Of a stretch of DNA of 64,000 nt, positions 1-8,768 are shown in pieces (the stretch's first letter is position 1; the number at the start of each line of letters is the position of its first letter). The notes below the pieces were generated by a model that made no database searches, was not told the DNA's origin, and saw only the letters and a program-made list of their open reading frames with translations. Made by a program: the position numbers and the translations under genes. Source of the DNA: an uncultured Gemmatimonadales bacterium (GTDB lineage Bacteria; Gemmatimonadota; Gemmatimonadetes; Longimicrobiales; RSA9); NCBI GenBank assembly GCA_963741945.1, contig CAVUKA010000003.1, positions 64,001-128,000 of the forward strand, read 5' to 3'.

Positions 1-294
1 CACCGCCACCGATACGGTGTTGGCCGTGTAGCCGGCCTTCCTCGCCGCCACCTGGTAGGTCCCCGTCTCCAGGTCCTGGATCGTGAAGTTCCCCTGGGCG
101 TCGGTGACCAGCGCCTCGGAGGCCGGCGTGGTCGTGATGCTGGCGCCGGCGATGGCCGCGCCCGTCTCGTAGTCCAGGACGCGCCCCTCAATGTCGCCGT
201 AGGCGGAAGGGTCGAGGGTGGCCTCCTTGCAGCCGAACGCGCCGGCCAGGAGGAGCAGGGCGGCCGCGCCCGCCGAACGGTGTATGCGTGTCAC
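1..294 (-). CDS. Lipoprotein with carboxypeptidase-regulatory-like (Ig-like) domain, last visible gene of curli cluster; 3' end outside window
   Basis: Not in ORF track; hand translation from GTG at 294: VTRIHRSAGAAALLLLAGAFG-C-KEATLDPSAYGDIEGRVLDYETGAAIAGASITTTPASEALVTDAQGNFTIQDLETGTYQVAARKAGY. Lipobox-like Cys; G-x-V-x-D...T-D-x-x-G-x-F...G-x-Y pattern. Confidence 0.75.
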   Translation of the reverse strand, partial: MTRIHRSAGAAALLLLAGAFGCKEATLDPSAYGDIEGRVLDYETGAAIAGASITTTPASEALVTDAQGNFTIQDLETGTYQVAARKAGYTANTVSVAV

Positions 295-331
295 TGTGGT
301 GCTTCTTCCGGTGTGTCGTTGCGTTGCGTGG

Positions 332-964
332 TCAGTTGCCGATCGGGACCACGATCGGGTTGTTCTCGACCCGGACCTCCATGCCGTCCCCGTGCTGCTG
401 GATCCCCACCAGCGGCCCGGTGCCGGTCTGGATCGCCAGGTTGTTGCTGCCGTCCTGCACGATGCCGTTGGCGCCCGTCAGGTCCAGCCCGTTCCCGTGG
501 TACTCCAGGTAGTACTGGTTCCCGTCGCCCAGCTGCTGGACGTCGAGCGCGTTGGACGACCCGTAGAGCCACGCGCCCAGGCGATTGTCGCTCCCGGTCT
601 GAAGCGCCAGGATCTGGTTGAACGACCCCTCCTGGTAGAGCACGCCAATGTTGCGCTGCCCGGTCTGGGTCAGCGACGCGGCGTTGAAGTCCCCGATCTG
701 CTGGACCACGGCCGTGTTGCCGTCCCCCGTCCTGGCGACGTCGCCCGCCATGAGCGCGGCCGGCGTGACGATCGGGCCCGAGACGTTGGCCAGGTCGAGG
801 AGCGAGAGGATCTGCACGTTCTGCGACGCCGGGAGCTGCTGGCCCGTGGCCTGCACCACCAGCGCCTCCGTCGCGCCCGTGGTGCCCTGTCCCGACAGCC
901 CGCCCGCCGCCACTGCGGCGAGCGCGGCGGCCGTCACGACGATCTTCCGCCTCCGTGCAACCAT
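332..964 (-). CDS. csgB: Curlin-repeat protein, probable minor/nucleator subunit (CsgB-like)
   Basis: Start ATG 964 after GGAGG; signal-like N-terminus; repeated Q-x-G-x-x-N-x-A units (GDGNTAVVQQIGDFNAASLTQTGQRNIGVLYQEGSFNQILALQTGSDN); lies downstream of csgG. CsgB versus second CsgA is not resolvable. Confidence 0.7.
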   Translation of the reverse strand: MVARRRKIVVTAAALAAVAAGGLSGQGTTGATEALVVQATGQQLPASQNVQILSLLDLANVSGPIVTPAALMAGDVARTGDGNTAVVQQIGDFNAASLTQTGQRNIGVLYQEGSFNQILALQTGSDNRLGAWLYGSSNALDVQQLGDGNQYYLEYHGNGLDLTGANGIVQDGSNNLAIQTGTGPLVGIQQHGDGMEVRVENNPIVVPIGN

Positions 965-993
965 CACCACCTCCACTCGTGAGCGTCGGAGCA

Positions 994-2352
994 TCAGTAG
1001 AAAGTCAGCCCGAGCGTCAGGTTCCACACCGAGTCGTTGCCGTGCCCGGTCTTCACTCCGTCGATACCGTCCATGAGCGCGTACTGGTTGAACAGCCCCA
1101 GGCTCACGCCCACCGACGGCGACAGCAGGCGCTCGATCCCGCCCCCGAGCGTCGCCACCGGGAACAGCTGCTCGCCGAAGTCGCCCAGCTGCGATTCCAC
1201 GTTCGGCTTCAGCACCCCGGCCCCCACCCGCAGGAAGGGCGAGGTCGTGGCGTGCGGGAGGAGGAAATACGTGGCGTCCAGCCCGACGGACACGGCCGTC
1301 CACTGGAAGCCACCCTCCACGCCGATGTCGCCGCCGTACGCGCTCAGGCCGAGGCCCCAGCGGGACGTCGGCATCCAGCGAAGCGACAGCCCGCCCGCCG
1401 GGCGGACCAGCGCGTTCCTGTAGTTCCCCTGGTACTGCCTCGCCCCGCCTTCCACCGAGAGCGAGAAGCCGCTCCGGTCACGGTCGTTCCGAAGCCCGTA
1501 CGGTCCGATCCCGGCCGCCGCGACCTTCGACCGCTCGTACCCGGCGAACGCCGGCCCGTGAATCTCAGCCGGGTCCTCCAGCGCCCACAGGCCCTCCTTC
1601 ACCCCTTCGATCACCAGCTCCTTCACCGCCTCCTGGATCGCTTCCGTGACCGCGACCACCGGCGGCTCGTTGTACGAGTACCCGACTTCCGACTCCAGCA
1701 GCCGGTCCACGTCCACGAAGCGGAAGATCCCAGCGTCCACCTGCTGCGACGCGATGGTCTTGCTGGTGGTCACCGTCCTGAGGACGCGACCGGTCTGGGT
1801 CGAGACCGCCCGCAGGTAGACCGTCACCTGGTCCTGGCGGAACTTCCCCGAGCCGCCCGCCCCGAAGTAGCGGACGCCCACGCCGCCCGTGAGCAGGTTC
1901 GTGTCGTACCCGACGATCCCGCCTTCGAGGATGATCCCGGCGTAGAGAAGGGGCGGGAGCGGCCCCAGCTTCTGCCCTTCAGGCCCTTCGTACTGCGCCC
2001 GGATCGACTGGATGATCTGCCGCTCGTTCAGCAGGTTCGACAGCCCCTCCCGCTCGATCGGCACGAACCACCCCGACTCCTCCAGCGCCTTGATCAGGAT
2101 GGACGTGGCCCCCTGCGTCACCGCCGTGGACCACGACGCCATGTTCTCCGCCGCCTTGTACTGCCCCGTCTCGTCACGGAACCGGTACACCGCCGCCACC
2201 ACCTGCTCCTTCGGCGCCGGGAGGCTGCGGAGCTCCTCGGTGATGCGCGTGGGCGAGGCGGGGATCGGCCGCGCCGTCTCCAGCGGGGCCGCGTAGTTGG
2301 CACAGGCGGCGGCGACGAGGCCGAACCAGGCGAGGACGGCCCTATTCAACAT
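994..2352 (-). CDS. csgG: Curli secretion channel CsgG (lipoprotein) with C-terminal outer-membrane beta-barrel extension
   Basis: Lipobox VAAA-C; CsgG motifs VYRFRDETGQYK, STAVTQGATSILIKAL, WFVPIEREGLSNLLNERQII, EGGIVGYDTNLLTGGVGVRYFG; ~170-aa amphipathic beta C-terminus ending LTLGLTFY. Confidence 0.92.
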   Translation of the reverse strand: MLNRAVLAWFGLVAAACANYAAPLETARPIPASPTRITEELRSLPAPKEQVVAAVYRFRDETGQYKAAENMASWSTAVTQGATSILIKALEESGWFVPIEREGLSNLLNERQIIQSIRAQYEGPEGQKLGPLPPLLYAGIILEGGIVGYDTNLLTGGVGVRYFGAGGSGKFRQDQVTVYLRAVSTQTGRVLRTVTTSKTIASQQVDAGIFRFVDVDRLLESEVGYSYNEPPVVAVTEAIQEAVKELVIEGVKEGLWALEDPAEIHGPAFAGYERSKVAAAGIGPYGLRNDRDRSGFSLSVEGGARQYQGNYRNALVRPAGGLSLRWMPTSRWGLGLSAYGGDIGVEGGFQWTAVSVGLDATYFLLPHATTSPFLRVGAGVLKPNVESQLGDFGEQLFPVATLGGGIERLLSPSVGVSLGLFNQYALMDGIDGVKTGHGNDSVWNLTLGLTFY

Positions 2353-2398
2353 CTTACCACAAGCTCGCGTCGGATCGTATCGCATGCTGCCAGACTTC

Positions 2399-2833
2399 CT
2401 AGTATTGCGGGATGGTGACCGACGTCTGCTCGCCCGTGAGATTATTCGTGACCAGGACCTGTACGCCACCAAGACCGGGAACGATTTCGATGGTGAAGTC
2501 TCCGAGCTCATATCGACCAGGCTGCGTCAGGTCCAGATTCTCACCGAACCTGTCCATGATCAGTTCCCTGGACAGTGCAGATAGGATCTGCCGCTGCAAT
2601 CCTTGCTGGAAATCCGAGAGCGGATCCCTATTCAAGAAATCAACGTCCGGCGCTCGCTTCTGAGCCTGAGCGTTGCTCAGCAGCCATTGGCCATTCAAGG
2701 GATTTCCGCCGAACGCTGGATTGACGGGATGATAGACGAGTTGCTGGGCGCCGGCTGAATCGGCCAGCACCATGAGTGCGGCCGCGATGACGGCCACACC
2801 GCTCAACGCCCTGGTGACCCTGATACGCTTCAT
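2399..2833 (-). CDS. csgF: Curli assembly protein CsgF
   Basis: Signal peptide then QQLVYHPVNPAFGGNPLNGQWLLSNAQAQ, the hallmark CsgF N-terminus; C-terminal NNLTGEQTSVTIP. Confidence 0.92.
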   Translation of the reverse strand: MKRIRVTRALSGVAVIAAALMVLADSAGAQQLVYHPVNPAFGGNPLNGQWLLSNAQAQKRAPDVDFLNRDPLSDFQQGLQRQILSALSRELIMDRFGENLDLTQPGRYELGDFTIEIVPGLGGVQVLVTNNLTGEQTSVTIPQY

Positions 2834-2877
2834 TTCTGGTCTCGAATATGAAAGGGACGGGCCGCACCCGTGAACGC

Positions 2878-3480
2878 TCACCTCTGTCCGGAGTCTCCGG
2901 CGGCCGTGCTCATATCCCGCGGCTGGCGACGGATCAATTCTTCCCTCACGTAGGCTGCTGCCTCCTTCCCGAGCATCTCGACGACTTCATACCTTGGCTG
3001 AAGCTGCAGTTGAAAGAGGGCGTCCTCATTGAGAAACACCAAAACGCGACTTCCCAATCCTGGCGACGGCTGCTCCTGGATACGCACTGTGTAATTCGCT
3101 GCTCCATCTGGCGGCTCCCAAGCGCCGTAGAAAATGTCATAGAAATCGCGTCCTACCTTCGTCGCGGTTTCGTCCACGATCAGGCCATCGATCTGCATGT
3201 GTTGCTGAGCCGTGCCGGCGCGCGCTTGTACCTGCTCGGCTTGATGGGAACCCCGTCCTGCCCCGGCAATCGGTCGTACCGACGCCAGGAGATCCCGCGC
3301 CTCGTGGAACGACATTCCGGTGGGCAGCCGCAACAGACCTGAAACAGGGGTATCAGCAGTCAGTTCGTTTGCTGGAAACGCACAGCGTGCATCAGCGGAA
3401 GGCAATGCCGATATCCGCGCAGCCGAATGCGAAACGGCGACAATCAGAAGGCTGCTGACAATCCGCCCCACCTTCACCAT
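2878..3480 (-). CDS. csgE: Curli assembly protein CsgE with N-terminal extension
   Basis: C-terminal IDGLIVDETATKVGRDFYDIFYGAW...IQEQPSPGLGSRVLV matches CsgE; upstream of csgF. Start uncertain. Confidence 0.85.
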   Translation of the reverse strand: MVKVGRIVSSLLIVAVSHSAARISALPSADARCAFPANELTADTPVSGLLRLPTGMSFHEARDLLASVRPIAGAGRGSHQAEQVQARAGTAQQHMQIDGLIVDETATKVGRDFYDIFYGAWEPPDGAANYTVRIQEQPSPGLGSRVLVFLNEDALFQLQLQPRYEVVEMLGKEAAAYVREELIRRQPRDMSTAAGDSGQR

Positions 3481-3603
3481 CCACTCTCCAGCCTCAAAGT
3501 CCAACTCCGTGGTAACGTTCTGATGTAGTGCCCGCGAGCGAAAACCTAGAGATCTCGTTTGAACATCTGCACATTCCGCGCACCACTCCCCCTTGAGCGG
3601 AAA

Positions 3604-3633
3604 CTGTGGAGAGTGCTGCAGCACTCTCCACAG
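3604..3633 (-). terminator. Perfect 30-bp palindrome just after csgA stop (terminator or mRNA-stabilising hairpin)
   Basis: CTGTGGAGAGTGCTG|CAGCACTCTCCACAG, followed by only TTT on the minus strand. Confidence 0.6.
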
Positions 3634-3649
3634 CGGTTCCCTTTGCTGC

Positions 3650-4243
3650 TCAGTTGCTCTGCGTGATGGTGGCCGTGTTGTACGTCCCGGCCTGATCGAT
3701 CACGGCGACGTTCCAATCCGCAACCGCGTTCCAGCCCTGGTGGATCGTGGCGGAGTGGTGACTGCCGTCCTGCAGCACGGTCGCAGCGTTGTGCTGAGCC
3801 CACCCGCCGGTGTTGAAGCCCTGCGCCACGCTGGCGTCGTTGTAATTCCCGGTCTGGGTGATGCCGTAGGTGTTGTAGTACCCATGGCCGCCGTTGGTCC
3901 CCTGACCCGGATCGGCGAAGTTGTAGTTGCCCGTCTGCGTGATCGTAGCCGTGTTGTACCGGGCATCACCGCCGTTGTCGCCATAGCCCTGGCCAAGATA
4001 GGCAACGTTGTACTGGCCAGTCTGCGTGAGCGTGCCCGTATTGCCGATCGCGTAGCCCTGGTCCTGATCAATGATTCCGAGCTTCAGGATCCCCTGGCCA
4101 ATGTACCCGTCGTTGTATGCGCCGTCCTGGGTCATGGTGGCCGTGTTGTGATCGTTCACCTGCTGGATGTAGCCCTCGTTGCTCTGCGCGAACACCGGGG
4201 TGGCACACAGCCCGAAGGCTGCGATAAGAAGGAACTTCCTCAT
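3650..4243 (-). CDS. csgA: Major curlin subunit (CsgA-like amyloid protein)
   Basis: ATG 4243 after GAGGAG; Sec signal MRKFLLIAAFGLCATPVFA; about 13 N-x5-Q half-repeats (HNTATMTQ, GNTGTLTQ, YNTATITQ, WNVAVIDQ); first gene of csg cluster. Confidence 0.88.
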   Translation of the reverse strand: MRKFLLIAAFGLCATPVFAQSNEGYIQQVNDHNTATMTQDGAYNDGYIGQGILKLGIIDQDQGYAIGNTGTLTQTGQYNVAYLGQGYGDNGGDARYNTATITQTGNYNFADPGQGTNGGHGYYNTYGITQTGNYNDASVAQGFNTGGWAQHNAATVLQDGSHHSATIHQGWNAVADWNVAVIDQAGTYNTATITQSN

Positions 4244-4372
4244 GGTGTGGTGTCTCCTCACGAAAAAGTGGGTTGCCGTTTCTCGGCAGTGACCCTTCTT
4301 CGGCGACCGGACGATCTCGTGTGCACGAGTCTGCAGCCTCGCCATGAGATTCCTGGCTTTGCGGACCGGCTT

Positions 4373-4388
4373 CGCAGCCGGGGTGCCT
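4373..4388 (-). promoter_or_regulatory. Candidate sigma54 (-24/-12) promoter for curli operon
   Basis: Minus strand AGGCAC-CCCGG-CTGCG (GG-N10-GC), 130 bp upstream of csgA; bEBP gene adjacent. Confidence 0.5.
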
Positions 4389-4642
4389 TTTTCGGAAGAG
4401 AGACTTGTTGCGCACTTCCGTGCGCTCGAGTCGGCACGACACCGGAGATCCCGGCCGGTGGCTCGCGCCGTCGGGCCACTCCTACTCCACGTTCCGTTCC
4501 GGCGGTCTACGGAGCGTCAAAGGCGCGTCAAATATGCTGGGAGACAATGCGTTGAGGATCGGTCGGACCGCGGCGGATCACGTCCGGCCGGCACGATTCC
4601 GGGCACCCGGACGCGTTTCGTTACAACGGCCGGCCCGGGCCT

Positions 4643-6025
4643 TCAGTCCCCCATCTCCCCCACGTCAATGTCGTACTTCCGGATCAGGCGGTCGAGGCGG
4701 GGTCGTGAGATCTCGAGGATGCGGGCGGCCTGGCGCTTGTTGCCGCCGGTGCGCTCGAGGGCGGCGAGGAGCTGGCGGCGCTCGGCGTCGTCGAGGGTGG
4801 CGGTGGAGAGGGAGTCCCCGGCCTCGAGGACGCCGCCCCCGCCCCTGCCGATCCCCAGGTGCTCGACGCGCAGCGCGGTGCCCTGGGCGAGGACGGCGGC
4901 GCGGGCGATGGCGTTCTCGAGCTCGCGCACGTTGCCGGGCCAGTCGTGCTCGCGGAGTGCGCGCATGACGTCGGGCGGGATGACCTTCCCGGGGAGCCCG
5001 AGGGAGCGGATGGCGCGGGTGAGGAAGTGGTCGGCGAGGGCCGGGATGTCGCCCGGGCGGTCGCGCAGCGGCGGGACGTGGATCTCGACCACGCGGAGCC
5101 GGTAGTAGAGGTCTTCGCGGAACGAGCCGTCGCGGACCATGGCCTCGACGGGGCGGTGCGTGGCGGCGATGACGCGGGCCAGGGCCTGACGCGGCTGCTC
5201 GCTTCCGACGGGGTAGAACTCCTTCTCCTGGAGGACACGCAGGAGCTTGGCCTGGAAGGAGGGGGCGGTGTCGCCGATCTCGTCGAGGAAAATGGTCCCG
5301 TGCCCCGCCAGCTCGAAGCGCCCCTTCCGGTCCGACACCGCGCCGGTGAACGACCCCCTCACGTGGCCGAACAGCTCGCTCTCCAGCAGCTGGTCGGGAA
5401 CGGAAGTGCAGTTCACGGCGACGAACGGCTCCGCGGCGTGACCGGAATGCTCGTGGATGGCCCGGGCGACGACCTCCTTCCCGGTCCCGGTCTCCCCCCG
5501 GATCAGCACCGGCGCGGCCGTGCCCGCCACCCGGCCGATGGTCTTGTAGATCTCCAGCATGGCCCGCTCGCGGCCGATGATCCTCGGCGACGACGACGCG
5601 TAACGCCCCTTCTCGCCGTCCCCCTCCTCGACCGACTCCCCCGCCGCCTTCTCCCGCGCGCGACGGTCCGCGAAGCAGCGCGTGAGCAGGTCGTCCAGCT
5701 CCTCCGGGTCGAGCGGCTTGGCCAGATAGTCGTACGCGCCGGCGCGGATCGCCTCCACCGCCGTCTCCATCTCGTCCTTCCCCGTCACCACCACCACGTC
5801 CACGCCGGCGTTCGTGGCCTTCAGCCGCGCGAGCAGCTCCAGCCCGCTCAGCCCGGGCATGTACAGGTCCGTGACCACCACGCCGGGGCGGAAGTCAGCC
5901 ACCTCGCCGAACGCCTGCTCCGCGCTGTCCGCCGTCCGGACCGCGTACCCCTCGCGGGCCAGCCAGAACTCGAGCGTGTCCCGCACGTCCGCGTCGTCGT
6001 CCACCACCAGGACCTTCCGCTCCAT
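4643..6025 (-). CDS. Sigma54-dependent response regulator (NtrC/AtoC family; REC-AAA+-HTH)
   Basis: KVLVVDDD...TDLYMP receiver; GETGTGKE Walker A; ESELFGHVRGSFTGA; FLDEIG; WPGNVRELEN; Fis-type HTH GNKRQAARILEISR. Confidence 0.95.
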   Translation of the reverse strand: MERKVLVVDDDADVRDTLEFWLAREGYAVRTADSAEQAFGEVADFRPGVVVTDLYMPGLSGLELLARLKATNAGVDVVVVTGKDEMETAVEAIRAGAYDYLAKPLDPEELDDLLTRCFADRRAREKAAGESVEEGDGEKGRYASSSPRIIGRERAMLEIYKTIGRVAGTAAPVLIRGETGTGKEVVARAIHEHSGHAAEPFVAVNCTSVPDQLLESELFGHVRGSFTGAVSDRKGRFELAGHGTIFLDEIGDTAPSFQAKLLRVLQEKEFYPVGSEQPRQALARVIAATHRPVEAMVRDGSFREDLYYRLRVVEIHVPPLRDRPGDIPALADHFLTRAIRSLGLPGKVIPPDVMRALREHDWPGNVRELENAIARAAVLAQGTALRVEHLGIGRGGGGVLEAGDSLSTATLDDAERRQLLAALERTGGNKRQAARILEISRPRLDRLIRKYDIDVGEMGD

Positions 6026-6244
6026 GGCCACGCCGCCTCCCGCCTCCGGGAAAAGAGTCATCCTTGATGCCTGTCATCTTTCACAACACCCGATACCAGC
6101 TTATCTTGCGTGGCGCAACTTCGCGCGTCCCGCGCTGCGCTCCGGTCGGCCCATCGGCCGACCCCAACCCCCTGGCGCTCCGGGACGTAGTCGGCCCCTG
6201 TCTGCACTCTCCGGCGCCTGGACGCCGGCAGCGCCACGCACCCC

Positions 6245-8752
6245 ATGGTGGAACAGCAAGAAATCGAAGCGACGAGCGGTCTCCGCGATCGTCTCGGCCG
6301 GGCCGCGCGCCTGATCCGCGCCCGCGCCGTGGCGGTGGTGGAGCGTGGCGCGGGCGACGCCATCCACGTACTCGGCTCCTGGGGGCTCGAGGAAGAGGAC
6401 GCGGCGTCGCTGGAGCGCTCGCTGGAGTGGCTGGACGAGGCGCTTGCGGAGGACCGGCCGCTGGTCCGGTTCGACGGCCGCGCGGAGACGTCGGAGATCG
6501 CCATCGCGCCGCTGCGAGGGCGGCTGCTGGCGTGGGCGAGGATCCACCCCCCGGAGCTGCTGACGGACCATCACCTGGAGCTGCTGCGGGAGCTGGCGGA
6601 CGCGGCGTGGGAGATCGAGCGGCTGACCGCGGAGCCCGGCGAGCCCGGCTCCGGGGACGGTGCGGGGGACGATTCCGGGGAGCCCGGCGCCCGCCCGGCG
6701 TCGCCCTCCCCGGCGCCGTCCTCGCCGGCCGCCTCCAACGGCGCGGGCGCGACGACGGAAGCGCTGGAGCCGGAGGCAGTCGCCCGGCTGCTGGCGGGCC
6801 CGGTGCTGTCGTCGGGAACCACCCTGGGGACGTACCTGATCCGGGCGGGCCGGCTGGCGCACGTGAACGCCACGCTGGCGAAGCGGCTGGGGTACTCGCC
6901 GGAGGAGGTGGTGGGCCGGGACGCGCTGGCCATCGTACACCCGGAGGACCGCGCGAAGGTGGCGCGCAAGATCGAGGAGCGGCGCGGCGGACGGGTGGAG
7001 CGGGTGACGTACACGTTCCGGGCCGTTTCCCGCGATGGCGGGGTGGTGCACCTGGAGGCGCACGGCGGCACGCTTCGGCTGCACGGCGAGCCGGCGCTGG
7101 GCGGCGTGGTGGTGGACGTGACCAGCCGGACGCGGGCGCTGGAAGCGCTGCGGGCGTCGGAGTCGCGGTTCGCCCGCATCGTGGCGCTCTCGCGCGACGC
7201 CACGCTGTACCTGGAGTCGGACGGGACGGTGGTGCTGTTCAACACGGCGGCGGAGCGGCTGTTCGGTGTGACCGCCCGCGACGCCCTTGGGCGGTCGCTG
7301 GAGGAAGTCTCGCCGGAAGTGGCGGCCGCGGTGGCGTCGCATGATGAGGAGCACCCCGCGCTACCCCGGACGGCGGAAGTCCGGCGTCGCGACGGCTCCG
7401 CGTTCTGGGCGGAGGTCTGGGCGGCCGCGGGCGGGCGCGGCGAGGAGGGGGAGCTGCGCGTGGTGATGGTGCGGGACGTGACGGAGCAGCGGCGGCACGA
7501 GCGGGCGCGCGACCGGCTGCTGCGGCTGGAGCGGGACGAGCGGTTCCGGGCCGAAGTGTCGCACATGCGGGCGCAGTTCCTCGATGACCTCACGGCCGAG
7601 CTGGCGGCGTCGCCCCCCGACCCGCCGACCATCCTCTCGCGCCTGGTCCAGCTCGCCATCCCCGTGGCGGCCGACTACGCCCTCTGCTACCGCTTCCGCG
7701 ACGACGCCCCGCCGGACGTGCTGGCCGCGGCCACCATGGCGGCCACGCGGCTCGCCGTGCTGGAGGACCCGCCCGCGCTCCCGGAGCTGTCCTGGGAGGA
7801 AGAGCCCGGCGGGTGGCTGTGCTCGCCCGGGGCCGACCCCCGGGTGCGTGCCTTCTTCGATCACCACGCGCGCCGCCACGAGGCCCGCGCGGTGCAGCTG
7901 CTGCCACTCCTCGATGGGGAGCGGGCGCACGGCGTCCTGGTGCTGGGGCACACGTACCACGTGACGGACTCCGAGCTGGCGACGCTCGGGCAGCTGGGGC
8001 GGGACGTGGCCACGCGCGTTTCCATGATCCTCGAGCACGGCCGCCTGTACCACGATGCGCGCACGGCCGCGCGGCTGCGGGACCAGGTGCTGGCCGTGGT
8101 GTCGCACGACCTGCGCAACCCGCTCAACGTCATCGGGTTCACCACCGACTCGCTGCTCCGCCACTGGCCCGAGGACCCCGCGGAGATGGAAGCGGTGCGC
8201 CGGCAGGTGGGTGTCATGCGACGCTCGGCCGAGCGGGCGAAGCGGCTGGTCCGCGACCTCCTCGACTACGCGCAGATCGAGGCCGGAATCCTGGCTGTCG
8301 ACCCCGTCCCGTGCGACACCGCCGCCCTCCTTCGCGAGGCCCGCGACTTCCGCCGCCCCCTGGCCGACCAGCGCTCCATCCGCCTCGAGATCCAGCTCGA
8401 CGACGACCTCCCCGCCGTCCTCGCCGACGCCGAGCGCGTGCTCCAGGTCCTCGGCAACCTCCTCGACAACGCCTTCCGCCACACGCCTCCCGAGAGCGCC
8501 GTGCGCCTCCGCGCCGCCGCCGCGGGCGACACCGTCCGGATCGAGGTGGAGGACGAGGGCCCCGGCGTCCCAGCAGACGAGCGGGAGCGGATCTTCGACC
8601 GGTTCTCCCGCGGCCGCGGCGGCGGCAAGGTGGGCGCCGGCCTCGGCCTCGCCATTGCCCGTGGCATTGTCGCCGCCCACGGCGGCACCCTCGAGGTCAC
8701 CGGCCCCGCCCACCAAGGCGCCACCTTCCGGTTTACGCTGCCCGTGGCCTGA
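6245..8752 (+). CDS. Cytoplasmic PAS/GAF sensor histidine kinase
   Basis: Two PAS domains (VHPEDR; FNTAAERLFG), GAF-like region, H-box VSHDLRNPL, N-box NLLDNA, DEGPG, GAGLGLAI; no clear TM helix. Confidence 0.93.
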   Translation: MVEQQEIEATSGLRDRLGRAARLIRARAVAVVERGAGDAIHVLGSWGLEEEDAASLERSLEWLDEALAEDRPLVRFDGRAETSEIAIAPLRGRLLAWARIHPPELLTDHHLELLRELADAAWEIERLTAEPGEPGSGDGAGDDSGEPGARPASPSPAPSSPAASNGAGATTEALEPEAVARLLAGPVLSSGTTLGTYLIRAGRLAHVNATLAKRLGYSPEEVVGRDALAIVHPEDRAKVARKIEERRGGRVERVTYTFRAVSRDGGVVHLEAHGGTLRLHGEPALGGVVVDVTSRTRALEALRASESRFARIVALSRDATLYLESDGTVVLFNTAAERLFGVTARDALGRSLEEVSPEVAAAVASHDEEHPALPRTAEVRRRDGSAFWAEVWAAAGGRGEEGELRVVMVRDVTEQRRHERARDRLLRLERDERFRAEVSHMRAQFLDDLTAELAASPPDPPTILSRLVQLAIPVAADYALCYRFRDDAPPDVLAAATMAATRLAVLEDPPALPELSWEEEPGGWLCSPGADPRVRAFFDHHARRHEARAVQLLPLLDGERAHGVLVLGHTYHVTDSELATLGQLGRDVATRVSMILEHGRLYHDARTAARLRDQVLAVVSHDLRNPLNVIGFTTDSLLRHWPEDPAEMEAVRRQVGVMRRSAERAKRLVRDLLDYAQIEAGILAVDPVPCDTAALLREARDFRRPLADQRSIRLEIQLDDDLPAVLADAERVLQVLGNLLDNAFRHTPPESAVRLRAAAAGDTVRIEVEDEGPGVPADERERIFDRFSRGRGGGKVGAGLGLAIARGIVAAHGGTLEVTGPAHQGATFRFTLPVA

Positions 8753-8768
8753 GGCGGGCCGGGCTGGC

